Source: Gracilinanus agilis (Eukaryota). Taken from it: 64,000 nucleotides of DNA. Shown piece by piece: positions 1 to 12,798 of this stretch (positions within the stretch are counted from its first letter, which is position 1; the number at the start of each line of letters is the position of its first letter). The notes under the pieces were generated by a model. It saw nothing but the letters and a program-made list of their open reading frames with translations, was not told the DNA's origin and did no database searches. The stretch is from assembly GCF_016433145.1 (NCBI RefSeq), contig NC_058131.1, forward strand, positions 462,178,899 through 462,242,898, read 5' to 3'. The translations under genes were made by a program, and so were the position numbers.

Positions 1-1393
1 ATGGGATCACAAAGAGTCAGACATGACTAAAAACAACTGAACAAAAACAGAGCTTCACATGTGTGTGAGTTATGAGGGACTTCCTTGATCCAGAAATATA
101 TTTTGCATTTATGAACTTATTCCTATTGATTGCCCTCTATGCTGTTCTTTCACCTAAAGCAGTGTTCTTAGAACCACTGTTAGGTAAAATATGCCTCTGC
201 TCTACCCATCCCTTGAACTTTAATGAGTTTTGGCCTCTGATATGTTTGGGAAAACAAGAAAAACTTCTTTTTCTTTAAATTGATTTTTGCCTTGCTTTTT
301 TGAATGTTCAGAAGCTTCCAGTATGGAAAAGGGCTTGTAATGTTCACTCTCCTTTGGTGTGTTTTCTAAGTTTAAATGAGACTTGGGAGGAAAGCACCTA
401 GAGAGCAAAGCCCAAGTTTTACCCTTTAATGGCAGGAGATTGTATTCCATAGCTGTTATAAAGTAAATTCATAAGAAGTCAGGAGAGACCAGTGGGAAGA
501 TAAAAGAAACTAAGGCACAGATTAAGGAGCCAGGGCAATGAATAATAACTATTTATATTCTATTAGGAAAGGGTATTGTAGACAAAGCCTTGAACTTGGG
601 ATCAGAAGTCTCTCTTGGTGTGACCTCAGGTAAATTATCACTCTGGACATCCATTTCCTTATTTCATCTGTAAAACAAGGATTATTTTTGCCTTGTTAAC
701 CTCACAAGATTATTGTGGAGACCAAATGAGTCAAGGTGTACAAAGAAGAAAAACAAAAACTTTGAACACCAACATGTAATGTACACAATGGACGCTCTCT
801 TTATAATCACTGTCTACAAATATAATCACCTTTCCCAGACTGGGAAGTCGAGGTTTCCCAAAGAGGAATGAGTGTCCTTGCCCTAGAATTGGAATTTTGA
901 ACCTTGATATAAGTAAAGATCCTGTGACTCCTGATTTTAGTGCCCTGTGACAAAAACTCCCTCATCACAAGAAAAATCCATTGGAGAGTCAAGACAAGGT
1001 TTGGAATTATGCGGACAGCTTTCTAATTCTGACATCTTCATTCTTTTCTATCTCTTATAACCACTTTAGGAACATGAGAAATAATCTAAGTCCAGGCTAA
1101 CTAGGGTAAGATCTGGCCAGAGATCAGATGATAAGATAGTTCCAGAGAATCCATGGTACTCTTCTTTCTACACTCTTCTCTCCTTTCTGTTCCAGACAGA
1201 TGACTAGTGTGACTATACAGTCATGGAAGTTTCCAGTGCATTTCTTTTTTGAGATGTCTGAATTAGCCAGGTAGGTGAGGAAGTCCATGGTTGGTGCAAA
1301 GATGGTTAGGTTGATGCCCTTGTGTCCTCTGTCCTCTTTCCTGTGCCTTGGACAGTGCTGTTCTAGACCATTCAACAACTATTTGTTGAGTAC

Positions 1394-2209
1394 TGTGGGA
1401 AATATAAGTAAAGGTAATGGGGTCACCAGGGATATTATAAATAAACTAAGTGGTTTGTGGGAACACACACACTGGGATTTATGAGAGACTGGACCAGGAT
1501 GGAAAGACCAGAGTTTACTGGATTCCCACAGGAATGGCAGTTGATCTTAACTGTCACTCAGCTTCCTCTAGGCCAGAGTCTAGAAATAGGCTGACAAAGT
1601 AAAAGGGACTTAACAGCTTTAATTATGTTTGACTAAAAGGTGGAAAAGGGATTTCTATGCTTAAAATCTAAAGGATAAGACCACAGGGCAATGGGAGGAC
1701 TTATTCTACTCTTGTCTAAGTGATCTAAAACTAACAGGGCCCAAGGAGCTGTAAATGGAGTCTCTGGGTGACTGCCTCAGATCTGGAACCTGCCAGGCTT
1801 GAGTACAGCTAGGGCTTTTGTGGCTTTGGGATTCTCACTGCAATCCACTGATGATCTCTGGATGTCAGGAGCTAAGGTTATCTTAGGAACCAAGTAGAGA
1901 AGGTGTGCTCATGACTCTGTCCACCGGATCTCAAAACTTCCTCCTCTTCCTTGATACAGGACTGTTGATCTTCTCCTTTTACTAGATGCCACCACTCAGG
2001 ATCCCAGGGGAAAATCAGGAGACAGGATGTCCTTTTACTCTGAGTGCTCCCAGGGCTAACCACAGTTTGTGTTAACCCCAATGGAGTCTCAGAGCACAAG
2101 TCACTTCTTCCTGCTCCTTCATTCCAACCTGGAATTCCCAGCTCCAGCTCCTTCCTGCTATGTACAACTTAATTCCTAATCACTAGCTAATCTAATCTTC
2201 CTCACAACA
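1394..2209. mobile_element. Solo LTR (ERV1-like) inserted in an L2 3' remnant
   Basis: TG...CA termini and a 4-bp TSD GTAC (1390-1393, 2210-2213). Removing it rejoins an L2-tail sequence ttgttgagtac|ctacaacgtgcaaagcattgt. Confidence 0.7.
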
Positions 2210-5200
2210 GTACCTACAACGTGCAAAGCATTGTATTGTTGCCTTCAATGAGTTTGTAATCTAGTTGGGGAGACATGGTTCAGGAAAAGTTAAATACCAC
2301 AAGAAATAATAAGAGCACAAGAATTATCTTAGGGTATTGGCTGATAAAGCACTTGGACTTGTGATAGGCTTTGAAAGACAGATAGAGGAGAAGGGGGTGG
2401 GTATTATAGATTGGGGAACAGAATGAACAAAGACAAAGATCTGGGAATTAATGTGGCATATTCAGGAGATAAAAATAGATCAGTATGGCTGGGACATTGG
2501 TTTTGTGTGGTAGAGTGGGAGGAGATCAAGTTGGAAAGGAAGTTTGAAATCAGAATATGGACAATCTAAAATGGAATTGAGGTTTTATCCTGTAGGGTTG
2601 GACTAGATGGTTGTCAAGGTCCCTAATTCCCTTTCATAAGATCAATGTGGCTTCAAACACTGCCCAGCTGTGTGACCCTGGGCAATTCACTTAACTCCAA
2701 GTACTAACCCTTACCACTCTTCTGCCTTGGAACCAATACTTACCATCACTTCTAAGATAGTAAGGTAAGGGTTTTTAAAAAAGAAAAGAAAGATTTATGC
2801 AGTTTATAGGGATTTTGGTTCTTTTCAATTTTGAAAGAACTGCAATACTTTCCTGAGGAATAGAGAGAATGGCAAAGAACTGGAGCAGCAGCAGAATGAT
2901 TAACAAATGGGACATTAATGAATGAATAGCAATTAGAAAGGCAATCTGGGAAGAGATGCTTGAAAGATACTACCTGGGGCAGGGAAGAGGAAGTCCTAGG
3001 TGTTGGAGGGAACAGAATAACTGAAGGGACCATAATCCTATTGGTCAAAGGACTGAAATGCACAGGAAGAATCTGGATCCAGCATAGGACTAAGTCCTGA
3101 GGTCCTTCTTTGTTTGGCCTTCTCAGGGAAATATGTAAGGAGTACATATCTATATGGGATCCTGAGGAGTGAAGCCCACCAGATAGGAGAAAGGAATTGT
3201 CCTGACTTTTGCTGGGTTCAAATACAAGTCCTTTCTCTGTTCTTTAACTAGGTACAGCAAACCTCATTGATGCCATGTAAATCTGAGTGCTTAAAAAGGA
3301 AACCAATGGACTTCCTTTAAGGGAATGCCCTGTGCTCATATTCCCAAGTGCTTTCTTATAGGAGGAAGAAGAATAAATGAATGAAAATGCATTTATTAAG
3401 CACTTACCATGCTAAGTATTAGGGATATGAATTTAAAAGTGATGACCGTTTTTGCCCTAATATATCTTACATTCTAATGGGAGACAAATCACATATAGTA
3501 GAGTGGTGATCAGAAAAGGGAATTTGAATAGGACAGTTAGAGATGCTGAATGGAACCATAAGGCAGTAAACTGGCATGTGTTTTTTTTTGTAGCAATGAA
3601 TTATGGGTTTGATTATGATTCTTGAATAAGAAAGTGGTAGGGTGGTGGGAGACAGAGAGAGGAGCAGAGGCAGCTGGCAAGAATATACCTGAAGAGGCAT
3701 ACCTCAGTGGTTCAGTGGATAGAGTATCAAGCCTAGAGTCAGGAGGACCTAGGTTCAAATTTGGACTCAGACCCTTCCTGATTGTGTGACCCTGCGAAAG
3801 TCACACAATACTAATTGTCTAGTTCTTACCATTCTTCTGCCTTGGAACCAATGTAGAGTATTGATTCCAAGATGGAAAGTAAGGGTTTTAAAAAAGAGTT
3901 AAAAAAGGAAAGAAAAGAAAGAATATAATTGAGGAGTAAAGTGAAGCATGGCTAAGGCCATTTGGCCATGAAGAAGCATTCAACAATCAGACCACATGGG
4001 AGGTAGTTCCAATACTGAGAGGGTTAACTTCTCAGAGCATTGTTGTTGGTGCTGCAAAGTGGCTGCCAAGTCTGGCCCTGCAGGCCAAGTATAGGAATTC
4101 CCTTTGGGGAATTCTAGCTACCAATGTACCCATGCTCCACCTGAGTGGAAGCAGAGGATGTGAGAGAGTGCTTGGTCAGCCTCTTTTCTCTTATGACAGG
4201 AAGATGCCTCAGACACAGGGGTTACACAGCCTTTGACGCCAGGGTTCGAGGATCACTTAATGCAGTAGATTCTGTTTAAGCAGGAGCCCCAAATTGGTGG
4301 AAGACAAAAGAATAAAGTAGGACATGTAAAGACATTTATTTTGTCATCAACAAAAGGAAAGAGGATCCTTTGTGTCTTTTAACTTAAGTTGCTACTGATT
4401 CTAGCGAATGGACTCTAGCGTTCTGTTGGAATGACTGAAGTTGTTAAGCTTCTAAATCTGCCAGGTAGTTTTCAGCCTTCCTAAACCAGACTCCTGGGTC
4501 TTTGTACCTATTGCTTCTTGCTGATCTTCCAGAAGCCTCCTTGGAGGCTAGAAATACAGAATTGTTCTATAGCCGCACCTGTTTATACTTGTGGTAATGG
4601 AAAACCCCAAGGGAATGAATGAAAGCCCCTCTAAGTTTCCTGTAAGACAGGTTTGACTACTAATTTCTCTGGGGCTCTCCTACTGCCAAGTGTACACTGC
4701 CATAGTATCACCTTTCACCAACAGCTTTCCATGGAGGGGAGGGAAGGAAATTGGGAGGTCTGGGTAGAAAAGTATCTTTCTCTGTTCCTCAGTCTCTCCT
4801 TTGACATAGATATAATAGATCCAGATTTCTATTCTTTTCTTTCCTAGAGATCTAATCGGTAAGAATGAGATAATACCTGTGAACATGCTTTGAGGTCCTT
4901 TGAGAAAAGATAAGCATAAAGTGTTATTAAGATTACATAGTTATCAATCAGGCCACTGCTCTGAGTACTCTATATTGGCGGCTCCAGGGACAAGTATTTC
5001 CTGCATTCACTTTTCCAAGATAAGATTTCTCCCTCCTTTCCCTCCACTTCCAATACATTATTCTCTAGTCTCTGCTCCTTCCTCCCTTTTCTCTTCCCCT
5101 CCTCACCTCCTCTGATGAGCTGTCGATGGGTTTTACAATGTGAAAGTCAATATTTGCCATTATAACCCCTCATATCTCCAGTGGATTGGCTCTTATCTGG

Positions 5201-7094
5201 AAACACTTTTGCAATCTAATATTTTGAGGCTGTTTCTCCGTGAAACTTGCCAAACTTCTGAAACTCAACTTCATTTAATAAACATTTGTTAAACACCTTT
5301 ATTATTACATTTTTAAACATTATAACAATAAATAAGTAATAAACTTTACTCAACACCTACTCTCTGCCAGGCACCAGGAGAAAAAGACAAAAATGAATTT
5401 CCTCAAGCAGGATACAATCTATCAGAACTAGAGAACTGAGATTAGCTTCTGAACTCTTTGCTTACATATTCTTTCAACTCAGTAGTAGGAATATGTAAGA
5501 TTTCAAGAATTTTCTAATTGGATAGGACAAAGGTAAGGGTCACCATTAATCCCATTTCCCAGCTGGGAAAATTGAGGCCCAGAGACAGGCAATGACTTAC
5601 ACTAGACAGTTAGATGGCACACTTGATAGAATACTGGACCTGAAGTCAGGAAGACCTGAGTTCAAATCCAACCTCAGACTCTTACTATATATGGCCCTAG
5701 GCAAATCACTTAATGGCTTTGCCTCAGTTTCCTCAACTATAGAAAGAAGATAATAATAGTACTTACCTCTCAGGGTTGTTGTGAGGATCAAACAGATATT
5801 ATAAATTGCTTAATATAATGCCTGGTGGTACATAGTAGGTACTATTTACATGCTTATTTCTGTCCTTCCCCTTCCCACTAAGACTGTTGCAACATGCATG
5901 AATGCAGAACCTTAAGCCTTCTTCCTATGAGTTCCAGGCTGACTCTAAGTATGTACTTATACATCCTGTTAAATCTTATTCACAGGAGCAGCAACATGGC
6001 TCAATAGAGTCAGGTCTGGAGTGGGAAGATCCCAGGTTTAGATCTGGCTTCAGACACTTCCTAGTTGTGTGACTCTGGGCAAGTCACTTAATCCCCATTG
6101 CCTAGCCCTTACCACTCTTCTGCTTTGGAACCAAAACTTAGTATAAATTCTAAGATGAAAGGTAAGAGTTTTTTTTTTTTAATCTTATTCATGACCTACC
6201 AAGTCCTCTGTAGATAGGGACAATCAAGATTTTCCCCCCTTTTCTGTAAGGAAGTGAATTGTATGACAATAGAAAAGGATTCTGGGAAGTTGCTTCTGGG
6301 GGTTCCCACAATATGGCAGACTGGATCATGTTTACGTTACCACCACTTCTCTCTTCATTATACATTGGGAGGCAGCACAGTCTAATGGAAAGAACATTGA
6401 GCTTAAAGTCTTGGATGTGACAGGTTGGATTAGATAATCTCTAAGATCCTTTCTAGTTCTATGTTTATGATCATATGAATCTAGGCACTAACATTTACTG
6501 GCTTCATGACCTTTGGAAAAATCACTTCACCTCCTTGAACCTCATCAATCTACAAAATGGAGATGATCATAATTGTTCCATTTACCTAATAGGCTTTTTG
6601 TGAGAATAACAAAAATAATATTTAATGGCTTAAAGTGCTATATAAATGTTAATTACAAACCTGAAATTATATTGCTTTGAAGACTCAGTAGGGTTTAGGC
6701 AGGAGGAAACAACATGCAAGTTTTCTAGTTTGAACTACAGAATGATTCTCCTTCTCTGGTTTGTCTTTCATTCTTGGAACGTCTTTTGGGTAGCCCTCCT
6801 ATCCTAAAAACACAAATTGATTCCCCTTTTCTGATCATCACTCCACTATATGTTATGTCTCTCCTATTAGAATATAAGCTTCTTTTGGGCAGAAACTATC
6901 TTCACTTTTATATTTGTTTCCTTAATGTTTAGTTAGCATATACAATGTAAGTGCTTAATAAGCACCTTTCCAGTGCGACAGCTAAATGGGAAGTCCTAGA
7001 TTCAAACCTGGGCTCAACTTCTTCCCAGCTGTGTGATCCTGGGTAAGTCACTTAATCCAATTGCCTAGCCCTTACTACTCTTCTGCCTTGAAAC

Positions 7095-7247
7095 TGTAAT
7101 GGGAAATTGTAGGATAGATATAAGGTATAAGATGAATATAAGACTTAAGAGAATAGATGACAGCTTGAAGGAATTCAATTCAATTCTATTCTCTTAAGTC
7201 TTATATTCATCTTATACCTTATATCTATCCTACAATTCCCCATTACA
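7095..7247. mobile_element. 153-bp foldback element with 63-bp terminal inverted repeats, inserted in a SINE
   Basis: Arms 7095-7157 and 7185-7247 are reverse complements with one mismatch, around a 27-nt spacer. Termini are TGT...ACA with a 4-bp TSD AAAC (7091-7094, 7248-7251). It splits a SINE1-type element (about 6975-7290). Confidence 0.85.
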
Positions 7248-7397
7248 AAACTAATATTTAGTATTGATTCTTAGAAGGTAAGGGTTAAAATTTTTTTTCA
7301 ATGCTTTTTCATTCATTTATTCTTCTACCTTGGGAATATGAGCACATGGCATTCCCTTAAAGGGGATCCACTGCCACTCAATATGATCAGTATAGAG

Positions 7398-8660
7398 CAG
7401 TGATGGTGAACCTTTTACAGACCAAGTGCCATGCCCCACTTTTAGAGACCAAGTGCCCCTCACCCTCACCCCAGACAGGAGAGGGAAGAAGCACTCCCAT
7501 TGGGCTGCTGGGCAGAGGGGTGGGTGATATGAAAATATGTCCTCAGGTGGGGAGGTAGGAGGATAGGGGGAGGGAAACAGCTCAGCCCAAGTCCCTTTGA
7601 TTTTCTAGTAACAAACTTGTATGTGTGCTGTAGTATAGAGAGAGGAGTCATATAGTTTTTTCAAGCTTTGGCTGAGTTCCAAAAGCTGTTAGGAATTTGG
7701 AATCTTGAGGAAAAGACAGTTGATTAGGGTCTCCCGTGGAGGGAGGTTGTCTGATCAGCCGAGCTGCCTCCTTACCTAGCTGTAGTATTGAAATTTAGCC
7801 TAGCTTTGATATATTTATTTAAGAAATTATTATTTTGGATAAACCCTTTATATCTTCCTTCCCTAATATTATTTCCTACCTACCCTCCCTTACCTTATAT
7901 GTCTGTGGAGTTAATAAGGAGAGTAATTAGAGAGGAGTTAAAATCTGTGATGGGTTAATTGTTATTTGACAATATTAGATATAGAGAAACTAGTCAGTCA
8001 TCATTTATTTTGTAAGCTGAGTTAAAGTCTGGTCCTTACTCAGACTCCATCTTTGCCACCCTTCCCCCACCTGAGGTTCCTGAGACAACTGTTAGGGCTT
8101 TCCTTTGATCCACTTTCCTGACAAATCATCCTTTAAAGATAATAAACCCTTTTGTGTTTCAACAGACCTATTAGTATAATTTGTCTGTTAGTTATTAAGA
8201 GAGGGAAGAAGAGGGAAAGAACCAACATACTCTGGGCTTGAAGGAAGCCGGGGTATCCATCTTGAAGGAAGGTGTAACTTCAAAACAAGCCCCTTCCTGT
8301 GAAATTAAATAAACCCTGTTTGTTAATTTCAGTTTAGTCTATTTCCCTCAGCCTGTGTTTCAGTCTAAGTCCCAGTCTGTAAAGCCTGCTGTTTGTCTGT
8401 TTAGTTTAATTTCTCCTCTCCCTGAAGATCTCTGTTTCCCTTCTGTGTTATACTCCTGACTTCAGCCCTATTATATCCTGAATCTCCTTAATCCCAGCCT
8501 ACCTGTAACCTAGATTACCCATTTAGCAAGTCTCTGACAACCTCCTTTCAAATTCCCTTATCCCACACACCTTTCCTTACAAATTACCTCCATTACAGTG
8601 CCCACAAAGAGGACTCTATGTGCCCTCTCTGGCATGTATGCCATAGGTTTGCCACCATGG
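7398..8660. mobile_element. hAT-type non-autonomous DNA transposon (MITE), interrupted by a solo LTR
   Basis: Terminal inverted repeats (TIRs) CAGTGATGGTGAACCT / AGGTTTGCCACCATGG and a perfect 8-bp TSD GTATAGAG (7390-7397, 8661-8668). Confidence 0.85.
7629..8597. mobile_element. Solo LTR (ERV1-like, about 970 bp)
   Basis: TGTAG...TTACA termini, a 4-bp TSD GTGC (7625-7628, 8598-8601) and internal AATAAA motifs. It is nested inside the hAT MITE. Confidence 0.8.
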
Positions 8661-10799
8661 GTATAGAGTCATCAAATATCAAAATTGACAAAACTGTGCT
8701 CAACAAATGGTTAACAATTATTTCTTGTATTTAGATTTTTAGTGATTAATAGTTTGAGGCAGACAGAGCATTTAGGCCTTTAGTGATTGTCTACATTAAT
8801 AGAGTCCCCAAATGGCATTTCTTACTGGATCATCAAGTTTGTTCATTTAACTTAGTCAGTAATCATTCTACCCTTTCAGCCCTTTTTCAAAGACTGGATT
8901 CATAGCAGGAGTTGCTAGGTTTGGGGATATGGCCTATTCCACCAATATTGAGGCAATTCTGGATTAGTCTCTTGCTAAGTATGGCTGCACCAATAATGTC
9001 CAGCCTGGCCCATGGCCAGTGGAAACTTCTTTCCTAGGAAACATGTCCCAGTGAGAATCAAAGGTTGGAATGAGCCTCAAAGACCAAGTCTTACCTCCAC
9101 CTGAGAAAGAAACTCCTCTAAAGTTATATGCCTCAGGGGCAGCTAGGCAGCTCAGTAGATAGAGAACCAGGCCTAGAGATGGGAGGTCTTGGGTATAAAT
9201 CTGGTCTCTCATACTTCCTAGCTGTGTGATTTAGGGTAAGTCATTGCCTTGCCCTTTCCACTCTTCTACCATGGAATCAATACATAGTATTGATTCTAAG
9301 ACAGAAGGTAAGGTTTAAGAATAAATAAATCAATAAAGTAATGTGCCTGACAAGTTTCATCTAGTTTTTGTTGAAGACCTTCAGTAAAAGGAATCCCCAC
9401 TATATTCCAAAGCAGCCCTCACCACTCTTGGACAGCTTTCATTGTGGGAAAGTTTTTCACATTAAATTAATATGTTCTTTGCAACTTTTCACCTGTTACT
9501 CCTACTTCCACCCTTAGCTGCTTTTCTTTTATTGTTTTTTCCCCTTTCTGAGGACCCATAGTGCTTAGCATAGTATCTGGCTCAAACTATAAGCTTATTG
9601 GTTGACTTGACTTGAAAAATGGACTTGGACACCTTTACAGGGTCTTTAGAATTCTTCAACCTGTGAAGTTCTGGAAACCTAATATGTGTTTTCTTAGTCT
9701 CCTTGCCCTACCTCCAATGGGCTGGTGCCCTGGACAGTGGGCCTCTAGCTTCAGATTTGTGTGAGTAAATGTGAACCAGCTGAACCTGGATGAGAATTGA
9801 GTTTAAGGCAAATTGTATTGTTCCTCATGGAGGAATCCCATTGCTGAGTCTTTGGATTAGTCCTCTGCTCTTTCTTTGTATTGCTTTGATTATATTTGAT
9901 CCCCAAAGGGAGCTCCATGGGGTGCTGGTTGAGCCTTGAGAAAGAGAGCGAAGTTTGCTCAGTAATTGGTAAAGACAAGCATGGTGGGAGCAGCTGGGTG
10001 GCTCAGTGGATTGAGAGTCAGGCCTAGAGATGGGAGGTCTTGGGTTCAATTTCTGGCCTCAGATACTTCCTAGCTTTGTGACCCTCAGCAAATCACTTAA
10101 CCCTCATTGCCTATCCATTACTGCTCTTTTGCTTTGGAACCAATATGCAGTATTGATTCTAAGATGGAAGGTAAGGGTTTAAAAAGAAAAAAATAACAGA
10201 CATGTCAAGAATCTATTTGAATGTACTTCTGCCCTTCTTCCATCCAGCCTTCAGATATTTTTGACCCTTTAGCCAAATGAACTTACTCAGCTCTGTCCCC
10301 TTGCTGAACAACAGATCGTCTTCTCCCACCCACTTTAGTGATTTTTTTTAACATGCTTTTGAGAGCTATTTCCATTCTCCTCTTGGGAGGAAGGAAGGGA
10401 GCAAGCATTGACATAGTGTCTGCTATATGACAGCACTATGCTAAGTGCTTTTTTATAAATATTATTTTGTTAGATCCTCACAACAACCCTGAAAGGTAGG
10501 TGCTATTATTATCCCTATTTTACAGATGGAAAAACTGAGGCAGAGGATGTGACTTCCTCAGGGTCACACAGCTAGTGTCAGGCTGGATTAGAATTCAGAT
10601 CTTCCTCACTCCAGGTTGAGTACTTTATCCACTGCCCTCTATCCACTACCTACAGGTAGCAGATTTACTTTCTGTGACCTTAGCAGGATGCTGTCCATTA
10701 TCACTGCTACTTTCTTGTCCATAATCTCTGCCCTCTTAATTTCAAGTTCTATAGGCATGGTAGTCAGAGGACTTTCTTTTGAGGCAGACTATGCTAGGA

Positions 10800-11068
10800 G
10801 GAGGGCAGCTAGGTAGTACAATGGATGGAGCACTAGGCTTAGAAACAGGAAGACTTGTCTTCATGAGTTTGAATCCAACCTCAGTGACTTACTAGCTGGG
10901 TGACCCTGGACAAGTCACTTACCCCTGTTTGCTTCAGTTTTTTCATCTGTAAAATGGGCTGGAGAGAAGGAATGGCAAACCATCTCAGTATCTTTGCCCA
11001 AAAAACCCCAAATGGGGTCACAAAGAGTTGGACACAGATGAAAAATGCCTGAATAACAACAACAAAAA
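10800..11068 (+). mobile_element. MAR1-type CORE SINE with RTE-derived tail
   Basis: tRNA-like head, CORE, then ggcaaaccatctcagtatctttgcc...ggggtcacaaagagttggacac...gaataacaacaacaa. Similar copies lie at about 13270-13520, 14940-15170, 20625-20870 and 26330-26780, plus a tail at 1-50. Confidence 0.75.
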
Positions 11069-11696
11069 TACTGGGAAGAAGTGGACATTTCCCAGCCCTC
11101 CTCTCATCTCAGTGAGTATACCCAATTTCTCCTTTACTTCATACTTTCTTCTGACCTCTAGAAAGAGTCTGGAGTGCTCTTCTCACTTTTCTTCCATAAG
11201 TAAGATATCAAGTTCTTGAGAATGGAGCAATGATGGAGCAACCTCATCCCCTGCCTACATCTACCCATGCCTTAGCTCTAGCCCTTTAGCTCCTTGGGAT
11301 TTTCTCTGTTCTGGTGGGTAGCAGCTGGCACCACTCTCTGGCATTCTTTGCTGTGACACTGATAGCAGTTGGCAGTTAATAAAGGAGGAACGTGGCTCTG
11401 AGGAGTAGAGGAGGTCATGGACAAGGGAGTGGCAGCAATAGTGGGAAGGAGGCATTTTGCCAGGGTCACCAAAGGTACGGTTGCTGCCTATGGGCAGTGT
11501 CCTGCTGAAAAAGGCTAAAATTTCAAATTGGGGGCAGTTCAACTTACACAGATATATATTACCTTCTAGTGCTTGCCTGATAACTAATTTTTTTTAAGTC
11601 TTCAGAACTACAGAGGATAATGGTACATATAAGGGAAATTGAAAAAAAAAGAGTGAGAAGGGCAGAAGATAAATACCTTGCCTTTGACCACAATTA

Positions 11697-11835
11697 NNNN
11701 NNNNNNNNNNNNNNNNNNNNNNNNNNNNNNNNNNNNNNNNNNNNNNNNNNNNNNNNNNNNNNNNNNNNNNNNNNNNNNNNNNNNNNNNNNNNNNNNNNNN
11801 NNNNNNNNNNNNNNNNNNNNNNNNNNNNNNNNNNN
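11697..11835. other. Assembly gap (139 N)
   Basis: Run of N characters. ORF-track entries spanning it are artefacts. Confidence 1.
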
Positions 11836-12471
11836 CCTACTATGTGTTGTAGCACTAGACATAGAGGGGCTTTCAAAATGATTAAACACAGTCCCTTCTT
11901 TGCATCTAGACTGGGAGATAAGCCAAACAAATATGAAACAGCTTACCCAACAAGTGTCATTGCTTTAGGGTCTTATCTCAGGTCCCACAAATGCCAACCA
12001 ATTAATCATGTTTATGAATGTCATGACTATCTTATCCCACATATAGCAGGACAGTCCCAATTTCAGGAAAATAAATTATACTTTTAATGAGGTTTTGCAA
12101 AAGCAACATTCTCTTTCAGAGCATGTGTCCTAATTTTTGTTTAAAAAATATGGTCACAAAACAAAACAAAAATGTAGGTCACATTATTTAGCAAGTACCA
12201 ATTTCAGTTAAGGCTTTGTCTCCTTCCTACTGGGTTCTCAGGCAGGCCTCCAAAAAGGAGATTTCCTGAGGACATAGAGAAAATATTGTTATCCTTACTT
12301 TGATTATTTTTCCTCTCTTGAGTTCATCTCTGTCCTTGGGAGTAGAAGCATCTGTAGACAGATAGCATCATTCTACTGCCATGATGTTGTAGATTCCATG
12401 ACATTTCTAAGGACTATGATAGTGTCTCCTGGGCCACTTCCTCATTTGTAAATTAGGGAATTGTTCAAGAT

Positions 12472-12798
12472 CAATGACGGCAAACCTATGGCATGGGTGC
12501 AAAAGATGGCATGCAGAGCACTCTCTGTGGGGGCACAGCCACCACCCATCCCCCCTGGTTTCATTACTAGAAAGGCAGAGGGTTTGGGGCAAAAGTGCTT
12601 CCTTCTACCTCTCCACTGTGCCTGCTGACATTTTTTCACGCCACCAGCCCCTCTGCCCAGCAGCCCAATGGGAGCTCTTTCTCCCTCCCCTCTGTGGGGT
12701 AAGGGGCAGGCAAGGCACACCTGACACTCATTTGGGGAAGGAAACAGTGTGCCATCTGGGGGGAGGTGGGCACCTCTCTAAAAGGTTTGCCATAACTG
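12472..12798. mobile_element. Second copy of the same hAT MITE family, in opposite orientation
   Basis: TIRs CAATGACGGCAAACCT / AGGTTTGCCATAACTG and a degenerate 8-bp TSD TTCAAGAT/TGCCAGAT (6/8). The internal cccctctgcccagcagcccaatgggag is the reverse complement of a segment of the 7398 copy. Confidence 0.8.

Noticed and set aside
11608-12087. ORFs spanning the N run
   Set aside because: Artefacts of translating through an assembly gap. A miniature RAB15 exon 1 in the gap is unlikely given the AT-rich flanks.
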